Positions 26,788 to 35,804 of a stretch of DNA of 64,000 bases are shown in pieces; within the stretch, counting starts at the first letter, position 1; each line of letters opens with the position of its first letter. This stretch comes from a virus. The notes under the pieces were generated by a model. The model did no database searches and was not told the DNA's origin. It saw only the letters and a program-made list of their open reading frames with translations. A program made the translations under genes and the position numbers. The stretch lies in IMG/VR virus record IMGVR_UViG_3300046804_004438, positions 46,387 through 110,386 of that record; one strand, written 5' to 3'.

Positions 26788-27630
26788 TCAAGAATCTGGT
26801 AATACTGAGTCTTCAGCATCGCCTGACATTGAACCCATTGCTACTAGAGTTTCATACTGAACACGTCCAGCACGACCACCCGTACCTACTTTACGAACTA
26901 CCCAACCAGCATGTGTAATACCCTTGTTGCTACCACCACCTACTACGGCTGCACCAGTTGCTGTATCACCAGTAAGAGTATGACCAGTTTCTGTGAGACC
27001 CTTAGTAAGAGTAATTCTTGAGCCACCAGGAGCGGAAGCAAGAGCAACTACAGTTGCGTTAGCAAACTGAACATAGTACTTAGTTCCTGATGTAAGACCA
27101 CCAATTGCAGTGTTACCAGCTGCTACTGCATATGTTACAGGATCACCCGCAACAAATGCACCTGCGGATGAGATAGTAATAACACTGTTAGAACCACCAC
27201 CACCGTTTCCAGTTACAGCAGAGTTAGCATTGAATGATGTAGAGCTAGGAGCGGCAAATGAGATAGTAGGATTAGTTTCATATGATGAACCAGCATTGCT
27301 GATATTTGATCCACCAATCTTACCTGTGCTATTTGCAGTACCAGTTGCAGCTGCACTAGAACCACCGCCACCAGAGAAGGTAACAGTAGAGTTTGCAGTA
27401 TAACCGGAACCTGCATTAGTTACTATAATTTGAATAACACCACCAGAACCTACACCCATTTCAGTAGTATCAACACCAAACTGACCAACAGTCAATCCTG
27501 AGACTATTGCGCTTTGTGTTACGTTACTAAAAAATGCTGTTCTATTAGTTGTATTTGGTGCAAGGTTGAACCCTGTACCTGCCCACAGCACTGAATTTGC
27601 TGCTGAGTCATCATTTTTCCATTGAGACAT
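26788..27630 (-). CDS. Gly/Ser/Thr-rich virion structural protein
   Basis: N-terminal W.NDD and C-terminal HAGWV...GRAGRVQYETLVAM motifs. Confidence 0.7.
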   Translation of the reverse strand: MSQWKNDDSAANSVLWAGTGFNLAPNTTNRTAFFSNVTQSAIVSGLTVGQFGVDTTEMGVGSGGVIQIIVTNAGSGYTANSTVTFSGGGGSSAAATGTANSTGKIGGSNISNAGSSYETNPTISFAAPSSTSFNANSAVTGNGGGGSNSVITISSAGAFVAGDPVTYAVAAGNTAIGGLTSGTKYYVQFANATVVALASAPGGSRITLTKGLTETGHTLTGDTATGAAVVGGGSNKGITHAGWVVRKVGTGGRAGRVQYETLVAMGSMSGDAEDSVLPDS

Positions 27631-27698
27631 TGTTTTTCTCCTTTAAGTAGAATTACAGACTTCTACAAAGGTATTTATGAATTTCAATATTGTTTGGA

Positions 27699-28133
27699 TT
27701 ATGAAAGAATGGATCTTAACATCCAACCATGTTTTTTATGAATGTCAATGCGATCTTGGATGAAATTAGCTAGACCATGCTCAGCATTTTGCTCTGCAGA
27801 AAGATACGCCTGAGTCAATGCATCTATAACCTTGTCATTATCCTGTGCAGCTATAGAAATCATTTGCTCTGCAGGAACAACATCTAACTGATCCTTAATA
27901 GTGGTTTGATCCATGAAACGTGATAGTGAACCAGGAGCAAATCCTTTTACAGCTCTGATATGTTCTGCAATATCATCCACTGCACCCCATACGTCTGTAT
28001 ACAATTCCTCAAAGAACTCGTGGTATTGAGGAAAGTTAGGACCAGTTACATTCCAGTGAAAGAAATGTAGTTTTAGATAAAATGAAAAGTTAGTTGCGTG
28101 TAAAACCTTAAGTTTTTCTAATAGTTGTTCCAT
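27699..28133 (-). CDS. dps: Dps/ferritin-like protein
   Basis: HWNVTGPNF..H..FE..Y, D.IAE.IR and H.K..WML motifs. Confidence 0.93.
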   Translation of the reverse strand: MEQLLEKLKVLHATNFSFYLKLHFFHWNVTGPNFPQYHEFFEELYTDVWGAVDDIAEHIRAVKGFAPGSLSRFMDQTTIKDQLDVVPAEQMISIAAQDNDKVIDALTQAYLSAEQNAEHGLANFIQDRIDIHKKHGWMLRSILS

Positions 28134-28135
28134 GA

Positions 28136-28339
28136 TTAGTCTCCGTTTCCATTCCCTGAACCTCCGGAGCCACCAGAACCACTTCCACCACCGCCACCAG
28201 AGCTAGAACTCTTACCTGGATTAGCAGAATGTAGTTTCATATCAGCACCGCGATATTTTTGTTTTCTAATATTAATAATTTTTCCTGAAGGATCCCTTAC
28301 ATAAAGCTCATCAAGAAACTCTCTGAAAGTCTTCACCAT
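28136..28339 (-). CDS. Small putative internal head protein
   Basis: Capsid-targeting-like leader MVKTFREFLDE; Gly/Ser tail. Confidence 0.6.
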   Translation of the reverse strand: MVKTFREFLDELYVRDPSGKIINIRKQKYRGADMKLHSANPGKSSSSGGGGGSGSGGSGGSGNGNGD

Positions 28340-28716
28340 GCCTTACAGCTCCAGTATCTTGCCTTAGTTCTTGGACCTGGATTATCACAGTTATGTCTTG
28401 CACGGAATGATCTTCTACGAGCAGGAATGTTCTTTTTAATAGTCATGTTTGGATCACCAAAGTTTACCTTTACAACATTTCCTCTTTCATTCTTAACATA
28501 GACAGCTCTCTTCTTTGGACCACCAGGAGTCAAGAAAGGCTTTCCCAACTTAACATTGTGACCACCGTGATCTGCTTCTTCTAAAGGTTCACCCCAGTCT
28601 TCATATAGCTCATCGCCAGAAACCAAAAATGTTTCTTCAATCAACTCATGAAGTTCTAGTTCTTCGTCTAGTAAGCAACCGCTTTCTTCTGTGTATTGTT
28701 TGAATGTTTTAATCAT
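28333..28716 (-). CDS. Putative internal head protein
   Basis: MIKTFKQYTEE leader; RRSFRARHNC...ARYWSC domain. Confidence 0.65.
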   Translation of the reverse strand: MIKTFKQYTEESGCLLDEELELHELIEETFLVSGDELYEDWGEPLEEADHGGHNVKLGKPFLTPGGPKKRAVYVKNERGNVVKVNFGDPNMTIKKNIPARRRSFRARHNCDNPGPRTKARYWSCKAW

Positions 28717-31265
28717 CCTGATCTCCAGCCTCCACCTTTACTCTTGTACCATTTAGCTGCCCAGCCATTAGCATAAGCAGAAGGATATACATCAAACTTA
28801 CTTCTTGCTAATGCTTTTGCTCTTGACCACAGAGAAGGATTAGTTGGCTTACTTCCTTCATCAATATGCTCAACTTCTTCTGTTCTTACGTTTATAGGAG
28901 CACCACCTTTGCCAGAACGATCTGCAACAGGATCTTCTCTTCTTTTTCTTACTGCAGCTGCTGCTCTCTTTGTTTTATCCATTGCTCTTGCTTTTGCAAG
29001 AGGAAGGCACTTTGGCTTACCTTCACCTTCTTCTCTTGCACAATCACCTTTTATGTTACCCTTGGTATCCATACGGACCCATTTATCCTTGAACCATTGA
29101 CGAAGATCTTCGTTCACTTTTGGCTTATAATCAGAAGGTACTTCTTTTTCGTAATCTGCACGAGTCTTTGTCTTGCGATCGTCAATTGCTTTCTGAGAAG
29201 GAACAGCTCTTCTTCCTATTTCATCTTCTGCAGCTTTTAATATATCTAATGATTTCTGACTGAGTGGCTTTCTTTGAGCAATGTATCTTTCTCTGTTTTT
29301 ACCAAAGTATATTGCTTCATTTACATATTGATCAGGTGTTATACCAGTCTTCTTTACCCACATATCATGCAAATCATGTACATCAATATTAAAATTATCA
29401 GCAACTTGTCTCATAATCTTATCAATGCCATCATATGATGTATCAGTAGCAACATTTAATTTATCTTCCAAATAATTTATAGGATCCATTTCAGAGGTTA
29501 CATCATCGTGAAGATGTCGATAAGGAATAAAATTATGATGTTGTCCTAAAGCTGTATTTCTATAAACTCCTAGATAAGCATTTTTAGAATGATGAGTATA
29601 GTGTCTCATAGCCATTCTTCTTTTTCTATAATATTGTTTTCTCTTAATTCTCTGCATTTCTGAAGATTGAGCAACTGGCACTTTACCAAATGTTTTTTCA
29701 AACAACTCATCCACATCTACATCTTCTTTTACTCTTTTAGTAGTCTTGTTCATTATCTGATCTTGAGTATCAGATTCTGGTTGATCTGCAACCGATGCAT
29801 TCATATGCATAGTGAAATGCTGGTTAACGTGTGCTTTAATTATGTTATCGCGAGTGTCGGCATCTGCTATGTTTTGACCAACATAACCACTGCTTTCACC
29901 ATCCGGACTGCCGGATACATTACCTAGACCTCTTACTCCTCCACCACCAGAAGAGTTGACAGATTCGTTAGTGTTTTTTTTTGCTTCTTTATCTAGAATA
30001 GCCTGATAATCTTTAGCGGCTTGTTGGAGACCTGCCTTTGCAGCTTGTGCTCTTTGCTCGCTATCCTTGAGACGTGGCATTGCTGTTAACATCTTTTCCC
30101 AAGGTGATTTCTTCTCGTCTATTATCTTTTTTTGAATTTGTTGTTGACGGAAAGGTCTGTCATCTTGCTTACGATCTCTCTGATCTCTAGGCACTAGTTG
30201 GATTTTTTTACGATCTTGTTGATGACGATTAACTGCTTCTCTATATTTTGGATCTGGATTTTGATCATCAACCCAACCTTCAAATGCATGATTAATATCG
30301 TCTTTTACAAGATTAGATTTTGGTTCACCTGGAGTATCATGCTTGAACAATACTACTCTTGTTGATGTACCATCATCTCTAAAATGTGAGTTTGAATGAT
30401 TAATTGATTTATGTTGTTTTTTAATATTAGATATTTCTTTATCTTCATCATATTCTTCATTAATAACTAAATCATATATTTGATCCAATTCTTGATATGA
30501 TGTTTCTAATATGAAATGATCAAATATATCATCAACATCTTCTTTTACTGATTTAATCTGATCTGCAATTTCTTTTGCATGTGGATGTAATCCCTTAGGA
30601 AGACCCTTTTTGAATTCTTTCATGTTTCCAGAACGAGCATGGTCACGCATCTTTGTGCCAGACATTCCAGTTGTACCTTCGGCATCAGGATCTCTATCAC
30701 CAGCAGAAACTACATTGATAGATTTAAAATTATAATGACCGTGTGTACCTTTAACACCATTATACTTATTAATCAATTTATGAAATTCATTTACTCTATC
30801 AGATCCTGCAACCATCGTAATATGTTGAACACCAGCTTCATGGAGAGCTGAAAGCTGGTGAAGTAGAGTAGGATGCTCAGAGGTAGAAGAGCGAACATTA
30901 GTACCTTTACCAGCAATCTTCTTGAGGTATTCTACCTTCTTTTCTTTAGGAAGTGGATTCTTAGAATTACCCTCTGTATGCGAAGCAATAACATGAGCCT
31001 CACCACCAACAGATTTTGCAGTATCTTCAACTTTATGAATTAGTTTTTCGTGGCCAATTGTAGGAGGATTGAAACGACCAAATGCAAATACAGCTCTTTT
31101 TTCCTTAGCTTCAAGGACAGGATTCAAAATGATTTCATCTGGCTTTTGGCCAGTCATCGTTCTTCCTTTGGAAATAATGTCCTTGACAACTTCTGTCTTA
31201 CCCTTTTTGAGAGGCTTAGTATCAGAAGTTACTTTATTTGATTGAGGATCATTATACTCTGGCAT
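28713..31265 (-). CDS. Large multidomain late protein with N-terminal cytidyltransferase-like domain
   Basis: FGRFNPPTIGH, AGSDR and MSGTKMR motifs; further modules separated by xxE sites. Confidence 0.75.
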   Translation of the reverse strand: MPEYNDPQSNKVTSDTKPLKKGKTEVVKDIISKGRTMTGQKPDEIILNPVLEAKEKRAVFAFGRFNPPTIGHEKLIHKVEDTAKSVGGEAHVIASHTEGNSKNPLPKEKKVEYLKKIAGKGTNVRSSTSEHPTLLHQLSALHEAGVQHITMVAGSDRVNEFHKLINKYNGVKGTHGHYNFKSINVVSAGDRDPDAEGTTGMSGTKMRDHARSGNMKEFKKGLPKGLHPHAKEIADQIKSVKEDVDDIFDHFILETSYQELDQIYDLVINEEYDEDKEISNIKKQHKSINHSNSHFRDDGTSTRVVLFKHDTPGEPKSNLVKDDINHAFEGWVDDQNPDPKYREAVNRHQQDRKKIQLVPRDQRDRKQDDRPFRQQQIQKKIIDEKKSPWEKMLTAMPRLKDSEQRAQAAKAGLQQAAKDYQAILDKEAKKNTNESVNSSGGGGVRGLGNVSGSPDGESSGYVGQNIADADTRDNIIKAHVNQHFTMHMNASVADQPESDTQDQIMNKTTKRVKEDVDVDELFEKTFGKVPVAQSSEMQRIKRKQYYRKRRMAMRHYTHHSKNAYLGVYRNTALGQHHNFIPYRHLHDDVTSEMDPINYLEDKLNVATDTSYDGIDKIMRQVADNFNIDVHDLHDMWVKKTGITPDQYVNEAIYFGKNRERYIAQRKPLSQKSLDILKAAEDEIGRRAVPSQKAIDDRKTKTRADYEKEVPSDYKPKVNEDLRQWFKDKWVRMDTKGNIKGDCAREEGEGKPKCLPLAKARAMDKTKRAAAAVRKRREDPVADRSGKGGAPINVRTEEVEHIDEGSKPTNPSLWSRAKALARSKFDVYPSAYANGWAAKWYKSKGGGWRSG

Positions 31266-31288
31266 TTGATTTCCTAATGTTTATTTTG

Positions 31289-31296
31289 TATTTATA
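31289..31296 (-). promoter_or_regulatory. T4-type late promoter
   Basis: TATAAATA. Confidence 0.7.
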
Positions 31297-31327
31297 ACTG
31301 TATAGTTACTACCAAAGCCGTAACAAA

Positions 31328-32461
31328 TCATCCTCTGCCAAACCTTGGATTATTCAAGATTGCTGTCGATACTTTTCTAGGAACTAGTTTTGCTACCGGT
31401 CTTCCACCCTTTTGAAGAACAACACCTTCACCAGCTGATTTCTTCCCATCAATAGACGTTTCCATATCTGGATGATGTACACCCTTTAATACATGCTCAG
31501 TTGCCTGTTCAAGGTGATGGTGAATATCGATAGAACGTTGGAAATGTTCCGCATGCTTATCTACATGAGCAATCATTGCAGCATGTTGATCTCTAACTCT
31601 TTGTTGAGCAGCAGGTGTCTTTAACTTGCTAGCTTTCTTTTCAGCCATCGCTTGAAGATGCTTCTTGTAACCTTCAACTGAAGGTGTTGTACCACCACGG
31701 GTAGTACTATTCATATATGTGGTGAAATGAGTAACATGCTCAGGTGTTAAGTGCTTTGTAGTATGACCCTTGAGTAGCTTCTCAGCAGCAGCAAGATGAT
31801 GTTCTGTAGCTTTTCTATCTTCTGCTGAATAATGTTCAGGATCAGGCTTATGTTCATGTTCAGGAACAAATACATTGTCACTGTGTCTCAATGCACCTTT
31901 AGATAAAGCTGATGCAGTCTTACCATGAACTTCAGTATGAATAGCAACACCAAGTGGAGCTTTCGTTTTAGCTTTGTATGTAATTCTATTGGGAGTAGTT
32001 GAAATAGAACTACCAGTTTTCTTTGTATGATTATCAGAAGGTGTATGTAAAAGATCACCTTGTACATGATGGCCTTTATTTACAAACTCATGACCGTGAG
32101 CAAGAAGGTGCTTCATTGCTGCTGCATATTCAGGAGCATGACCAAAATGCTTGTCTACTTCTTCTGGAGTTCTTGCAACTATACCACGCTTCCATCTATG
32201 CTTGTCTGTAACACCAACTCCTTTTTCATCGTTAATGATGTGAACAGAAGCACCACCATCAGTCTTCAGTGATGCTTTAATAGTGCTTTTCTTACCTTGT
32301 CTGTGATTGTGAAACTGACGAATTAAATCAACACCAAGCTTTGCATGCTTTGGGTCTGCATAGTGCAATTCCTTTGCATGAGTAAGATGAGTCAATTCTT
32401 CTTCTTCGACAGACGATGCTGGACGAGCTGCTTCTGATATAAAATTTAAAAACGTTTTCAT
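31328..32461 (-). CDS. His-rich protein with ATP-dependent ligase-like motifs and capsid-targeting leader
   Basis: MKTFLNFISE leader; KTDG, QGDL, GEGVV and KLV motifs. Confidence 0.6.
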   Translation of the reverse strand: MKTFLNFISEAARPASSVEEEELTHLTHAKELHYADPKHAKLGVDLIRQFHNHRQGKKSTIKASLKTDGGASVHIINDEKGVGVTDKHRWKRGIVARTPEEVDKHFGHAPEYAAAMKHLLAHGHEFVNKGHHVQGDLLHTPSDNHTKKTGSSISTTPNRITYKAKTKAPLGVAIHTEVHGKTASALSKGALRHSDNVFVPEHEHKPDPEHYSAEDRKATEHHLAAAEKLLKGHTTKHLTPEHVTHFTTYMNSTTRGGTTPSVEGYKKHLQAMAEKKASKLKTPAAQQRVRDQHAAMIAHVDKHAEHFQRSIDIHHHLEQATEHVLKGVHHPDMETSIDGKKSAGEGVVLQKGGRPVAKLVPRKVSTAILNNPRFGRG

Positions 32462-32464
32462 GTG

Positions 32465-33457
32465 TTAACCTTTAACACCTACAGATTTTTTAAATTCTTC
32501 CATATGATCATCTTTGTCTAAATTGACATGACTTTTATCTAATCCGTTAACTCCATCAGGATGGAATGCAACAGTTCTAGATCTTTTATTGCCTAGTTGT
32601 TTTTCTCTAACAACCCACTTACCCTTACCAGAAATTTCTGGAAGACCATGACCTGTTTCATCTTTTCCAACTCTATATGTGCCATAATTATTTCCTACTT
32701 GGAGAACATTAACTCCATGATCTCTCAAGTAAGCTTTAGCTGGTTCTAGATCAGGATGTTTAATAGAAATGGTTTTTGCTCTACCACTCTTTGTTGTCTC
32801 TTGTTGATCAGGATTAGGAACATGCTTATTCATATGTTCTAATACTCCTGATTTTTCAATAGCTGCTGCGTATTCTGGTCTTTCTCTTCTCAATCTATCA
32901 GGTATATGCCAGCCACCTTTGTTAGGATGGAAGTGGATAGTTCCTTGTCCAAAAGCAGCATTTACACCACCCTTGGCCTCACCAGATAACACTCTTTCAG
33001 CGCTCGTTACTCTACCACCATGATTCTTTTTCTTTTTTCTATTAATAATAGGAAAATCTGTACCAGCAGTAGAACCAGCAGGCTTGTATCCTTCAGGAAC
33101 CAAACCGTGACTTTTTGCTCTGTTGAAAAAATCTGACTCATATTTGTGACCACGATTTTCAGCAGTTGTTGATCCTGCTGGTTTATTAAGTCTAGAAGCT
33201 CTTACTGTTACAGTCTCTTTTGATCCTTCAGGTCTAACTTCTACATGATGTTCGCCATTTATTACTTTATGACCAACCAACGTAACTCTAGTACCTTTAG
33301 CATGTTGGCCAACTTTTGAAGCAAGCGTATGGGAGTTTTCTTGATGGCTTTCTCCACCAGGAAGATATGGCTTTATATACTTTTCAGCATGCCTATCACC
33401 TTCCAATCCTCTGAATTTAATAGTGGCCTCAGATAAAATTTGAGTAAAAGTTTTCAT
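32465..33457 (-). CDS. His-rich protein with capsid-targeting leader, possible PD-(D/E)XK nuclease
   Basis: MKTFTQILSE leader; G..YE, TD and EAK motifs. Confidence 0.5.
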   Translation of the reverse strand: MKTFTQILSEATIKFRGLEGDRHAEKYIKPYLPGGESHQENSHTLASKVGQHAKGTRVTLVGHKVINGEHHVEVRPEGSKETVTVRASRLNKPAGSTTAENRGHKYESDFFNRAKSHGLVPEGYKPAGSTAGTDFPIINRKKKKNHGGRVTSAERVLSGEAKGGVNAAFGQGTIHFHPNKGGWHIPDRLRRERPEYAAAIEKSGVLEHMNKHVPNPDQQETTKSGRAKTISIKHPDLEPAKAYLRDHGVNVLQVGNNYGTYRVGKDETGHGLPEISGKGKWVVREKQLGNKRSRTVAFHPDGVNGLDKSHVNLDKDDHMEEFKKSVGVKG

Positions 33458-33496
33458 TAGATTCTCCTTAAAGATTATCTAAGTATTTATCGAAAC

Positions 33497-33525
33497 AAAA
33501 AAAGAGGGTATTTCTACCCTCTTTT
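33497..33525. terminator. Intrinsic terminator
   Basis: AAAAGAGGGTA/TACCCTCTTTT hairpin. Confidence 0.8.
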
Positions 33526-33580
33526 ATATGATATTGTTATTAAAATATCAACTATTAAGATTCAAATTTAGAACGGAATT

Positions 33581-33988
33581 TTATTCACCATATGAATTGT
33601 GATCATCAGCTACTGCTTTGGCATGTTCCGCAGAAACACCACCTGGCACTACTTTATCCATGATCTTCTTGACATGCTCTGGTTTTATTTTTTTAGGAGG
33701 AAGATCGAAATCATAGGATTTACCTGTTTTTGCATCATGTGTAACATGGTGAGCCGGCTCACCATCATAAGACCATGCTGATTCTCCTACATGGTATGTG
33801 TGATGATTACCGTGTGTTGCAACATGGCTAATAACAGCATCATGTGATTCATCTTCTGGAAACCCTATATGCTTAGCTACTGCATCTGTTATTTTGCTGT
33901 TTTCTTTTGTTGCTTCATTAACTACAACTTTACCTTCATTAATTTGACTTGAAATAAAGTTTGCATATGCGTTGATTCTATCGTTCAT
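33581..33988 (-). CDS. His-rich putative internal head protein (paralogue A)
   Basis: MNDRINAYANFISSQINE leader. Confidence 0.65.
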   Translation of the reverse strand: MNDRINAYANFISSQINEGKVVVNEATKENSKITDAVAKHIGFPEDESHDAVISHVATHGNHHTYHVGESAWSYDGEPAHHVTHDAKTGKSYDFDLPPKKIKPEHVKKIMDKVVPGGVSAEHAKAVADDHNSYGE

Positions 33989-33999
33989 TGTTGCTTTCC

Positions 34000-34398
34000 T
34001 TATTCACCATTATATGTAGCGTTAATTTCTTTCTTTGCATGGCCCATAATGGCTTTCAGAGCCTTATCATGATGTGCACCTGAAATACCTTGAGCTTTCA
34101 ACCCATTACTAAAATCACTTTTAGCTCTGTTAGTTTCTGCACTTTGATCATCATCGCCTCCTACTTCTCTAGAAGTAACTGTGAATTTCTTACCACCAAC
34201 ATGACCATGATAGTGAAAATCGTTATCATCACCTGCTGTAAATCTTATTTCGTGATCATCACCCTTAGAAACTGGCTCTGATTCATACTTCTGTACTTTT
34301 GGTGACATTGCATGATCTGATTTAGCGTCTTCTTTAATAACGCCTTCGTTTACTTGCTTTGAAATAAAGTTTGCATATGCTTTAATTCTATCATTCAT
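34000..34398 (-). CDS. His-rich putative internal head protein (paralogue B)
   Basis: MNDRIKAYANFISKQVNE leader after AAGGA RBS; late promoter at 34439. Confidence 0.65.
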   Translation of the reverse strand: MNDRIKAYANFISKQVNEGVIKEDAKSDHAMSPKVQKYESEPVSKGDDHEIRFTAGDDNDFHYHGHVGGKKFTVTSREVGGDDDQSAETNRAKSDFSNGLKAQGISGAHHDKALKAIMGHAKKEINATYNGE

Positions 34399-34438
34399 TG
34401 TTTTTTCCTTAGAAGTTAGATAAACTTGTCCAATGGTA

Positions 34439-34446
34439 TATTTATA
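34439..34446 (-). promoter_or_regulatory. T4-type late promoter
   Basis: TATAAATA. Confidence 0.7.
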
Positions 34447-34660
34447 GACCAATCATTTTAGAGCTATAAATGAACGATCCTCTAAAGTCGTTTCTAAGCC
34501 AATCTTCCAGAACCTCAAATCGAAGAGCTGAATCTTCTTCGCCAGCATTCTCAAGATCTACTCGTGCTTTCTTACAAAATTCTACTAGGGACTTATACGA
34601 AATCTTATCTGAATCTGACAGTGCTGCCTTATGCATCTTGCCTGCTCGTTGATTGGACAT
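34442..34660 (-). CDS. Hypothetical protein
   Basis: GGAGG RBS within an upstream hairpin. Confidence 0.6.
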   Translation of the reverse strand: MSNQRAGKMHKAALSDSDKISYKSLVEFCKKARVDLENAGEEDSALRFEVLEDWLRNDFRGSFIYSSKMIGL

Positions 34661-34732
34661 AAAAAAGCCTCCATTGCTAGTCCTATTTTATTAGTATAGC
34701 ATGGAGGCTTTAATAAGTCAACTGGCAGCTAA

Positions 34733-35656
34733 TTACTTGATTTCTGCGAGGATTTTCTTAACTTCTGCCTTCTGGGCAGCATTCAAAGGAATGTAGTCAA
34801 GTGCTTCTGCATCCTTGTCATGCGCAAGTCCAAATTCAAAGAACTTGATTGCAACTTTTGCTGCATCAACGTCTGCTGATTCCTTATACATTACGATATA
34901 AGAAGTAGCAACCATTGGCCAAGTTGTCTGGAATGCCTTAAGACCAGGAGATACCTTCTTACCATCCTTACCAATCATATCAGCAACCTGGAGATTGTTT
35001 TGCTTAGCAAAAGCATATTCGACGTAACCAATGGAACCATTTGTCTGGTATACGTTGTTTGATACACCATCGTTACCCTTTGCTCCAATTGCACCACCAA
35101 CCCATTCAACTGTCTGACCAGTACCAAAGTTTTTCTTCCAATCAGCATTTGCTTCTGAAAGAAATTTTGTAAAGTTCCAGGTTGTTCCTGAACCATCTGC
35201 TCTACGAATTTTAATAATTGGAAGATCGGGAAGTTTTACTCCAGGATTAACATCAGCAATTTCTTTGTCATTCCAACGTTTAATCTTTTCCATATAGATT
35301 TTTGCAAGAATATCTGTTGTTAATGTTAAATGATCAACTTCTTTAAGATTAAAGATTGGAACAATTCCACCAACAATCATTGGGAATTGTACTTGACCTT
35401 TCTTCTCAAGGTCTTCTGGCTTTACTGGAACGTCAGTAGCACCAAATGTTACGATCTTAGAATCAATTTGCTTAATACCTGCACCAGAGCCAATACCCTG
35501 ATAGTTAATAGTGTTGTTTGTATCTTTCTTAAAAGAGTCGGCCCACTTTACATAAATTGGTTGTGGAAATGTAGCACCAGCTCCTGTAGCTTCACCTGCA
35601 AAGGCTGAAGTTGCAATAAACATAGATCCAATTACGGCAAGAATGTTCTTTAACAT
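34733..35656 (-). CDS. pstS: Phosphate-binding periplasmic protein
   Basis: Signal peptide; GAGATFP, YQGIGSGAG, FGATD, RADGSGTT and GYVEY motifs. Confidence 0.96.
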   Translation of the reverse strand: MLKNILAVIGSMFIATSAFAGEATGAGATFPQPIYVKWADSFKKDTNNTINYQGIGSGAGIKQIDSKIVTFGATDVPVKPEDLEKKGQVQFPMIVGGIVPIFNLKEVDHLTLTTDILAKIYMEKIKRWNDKEIADVNPGVKLPDLPIIKIRRADGSGTTWNFTKFLSEANADWKKNFGTGQTVEWVGGAIGAKGNDGVSNNVYQTNGSIGYVEYAFAKQNNLQVADMIGKDGKKVSPGLKAFQTTWPMVATSYIVMYKESADVDAAKVAIKFFEFGLAHDKDAEALDYIPLNAAQKAEVKKILAEIK

Positions 35657-35725
35657 GTTAACTCCTGGGTTATAAAAAAAACGAAGCTCGACTTTTATAT
35701 CGAGTTCGTTATATATAAACCAATT

Positions 35726-35754
35726 ATTAAAGTTTTATTAAAATCGCGTTACTT
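35726..35754 (-). promoter_or_regulatory. Candidate Pho box upstream of pstS
   Basis: Three degenerate half-sites at 11-nt period (AAGTAAC, TTTTAAT, CTTTAAT), 10 nt before TATATA. Confidence 0.5.
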
Positions 35755-35771
35755 TTTGAGACATCAGATAT

Positions 35772-35798
35772 AAAAAAAGGGGGCATCTCTGCCCCCTT
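35772..35798 (-). terminator. Intrinsic terminator of the outer-membrane protein gene
   Basis: AAGGGGGCA/TGCCCCCTT hairpin plus T-run on the minus strand. Confidence 0.85.
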
Positions 35799-35804
35799 AA
35801 TCTA

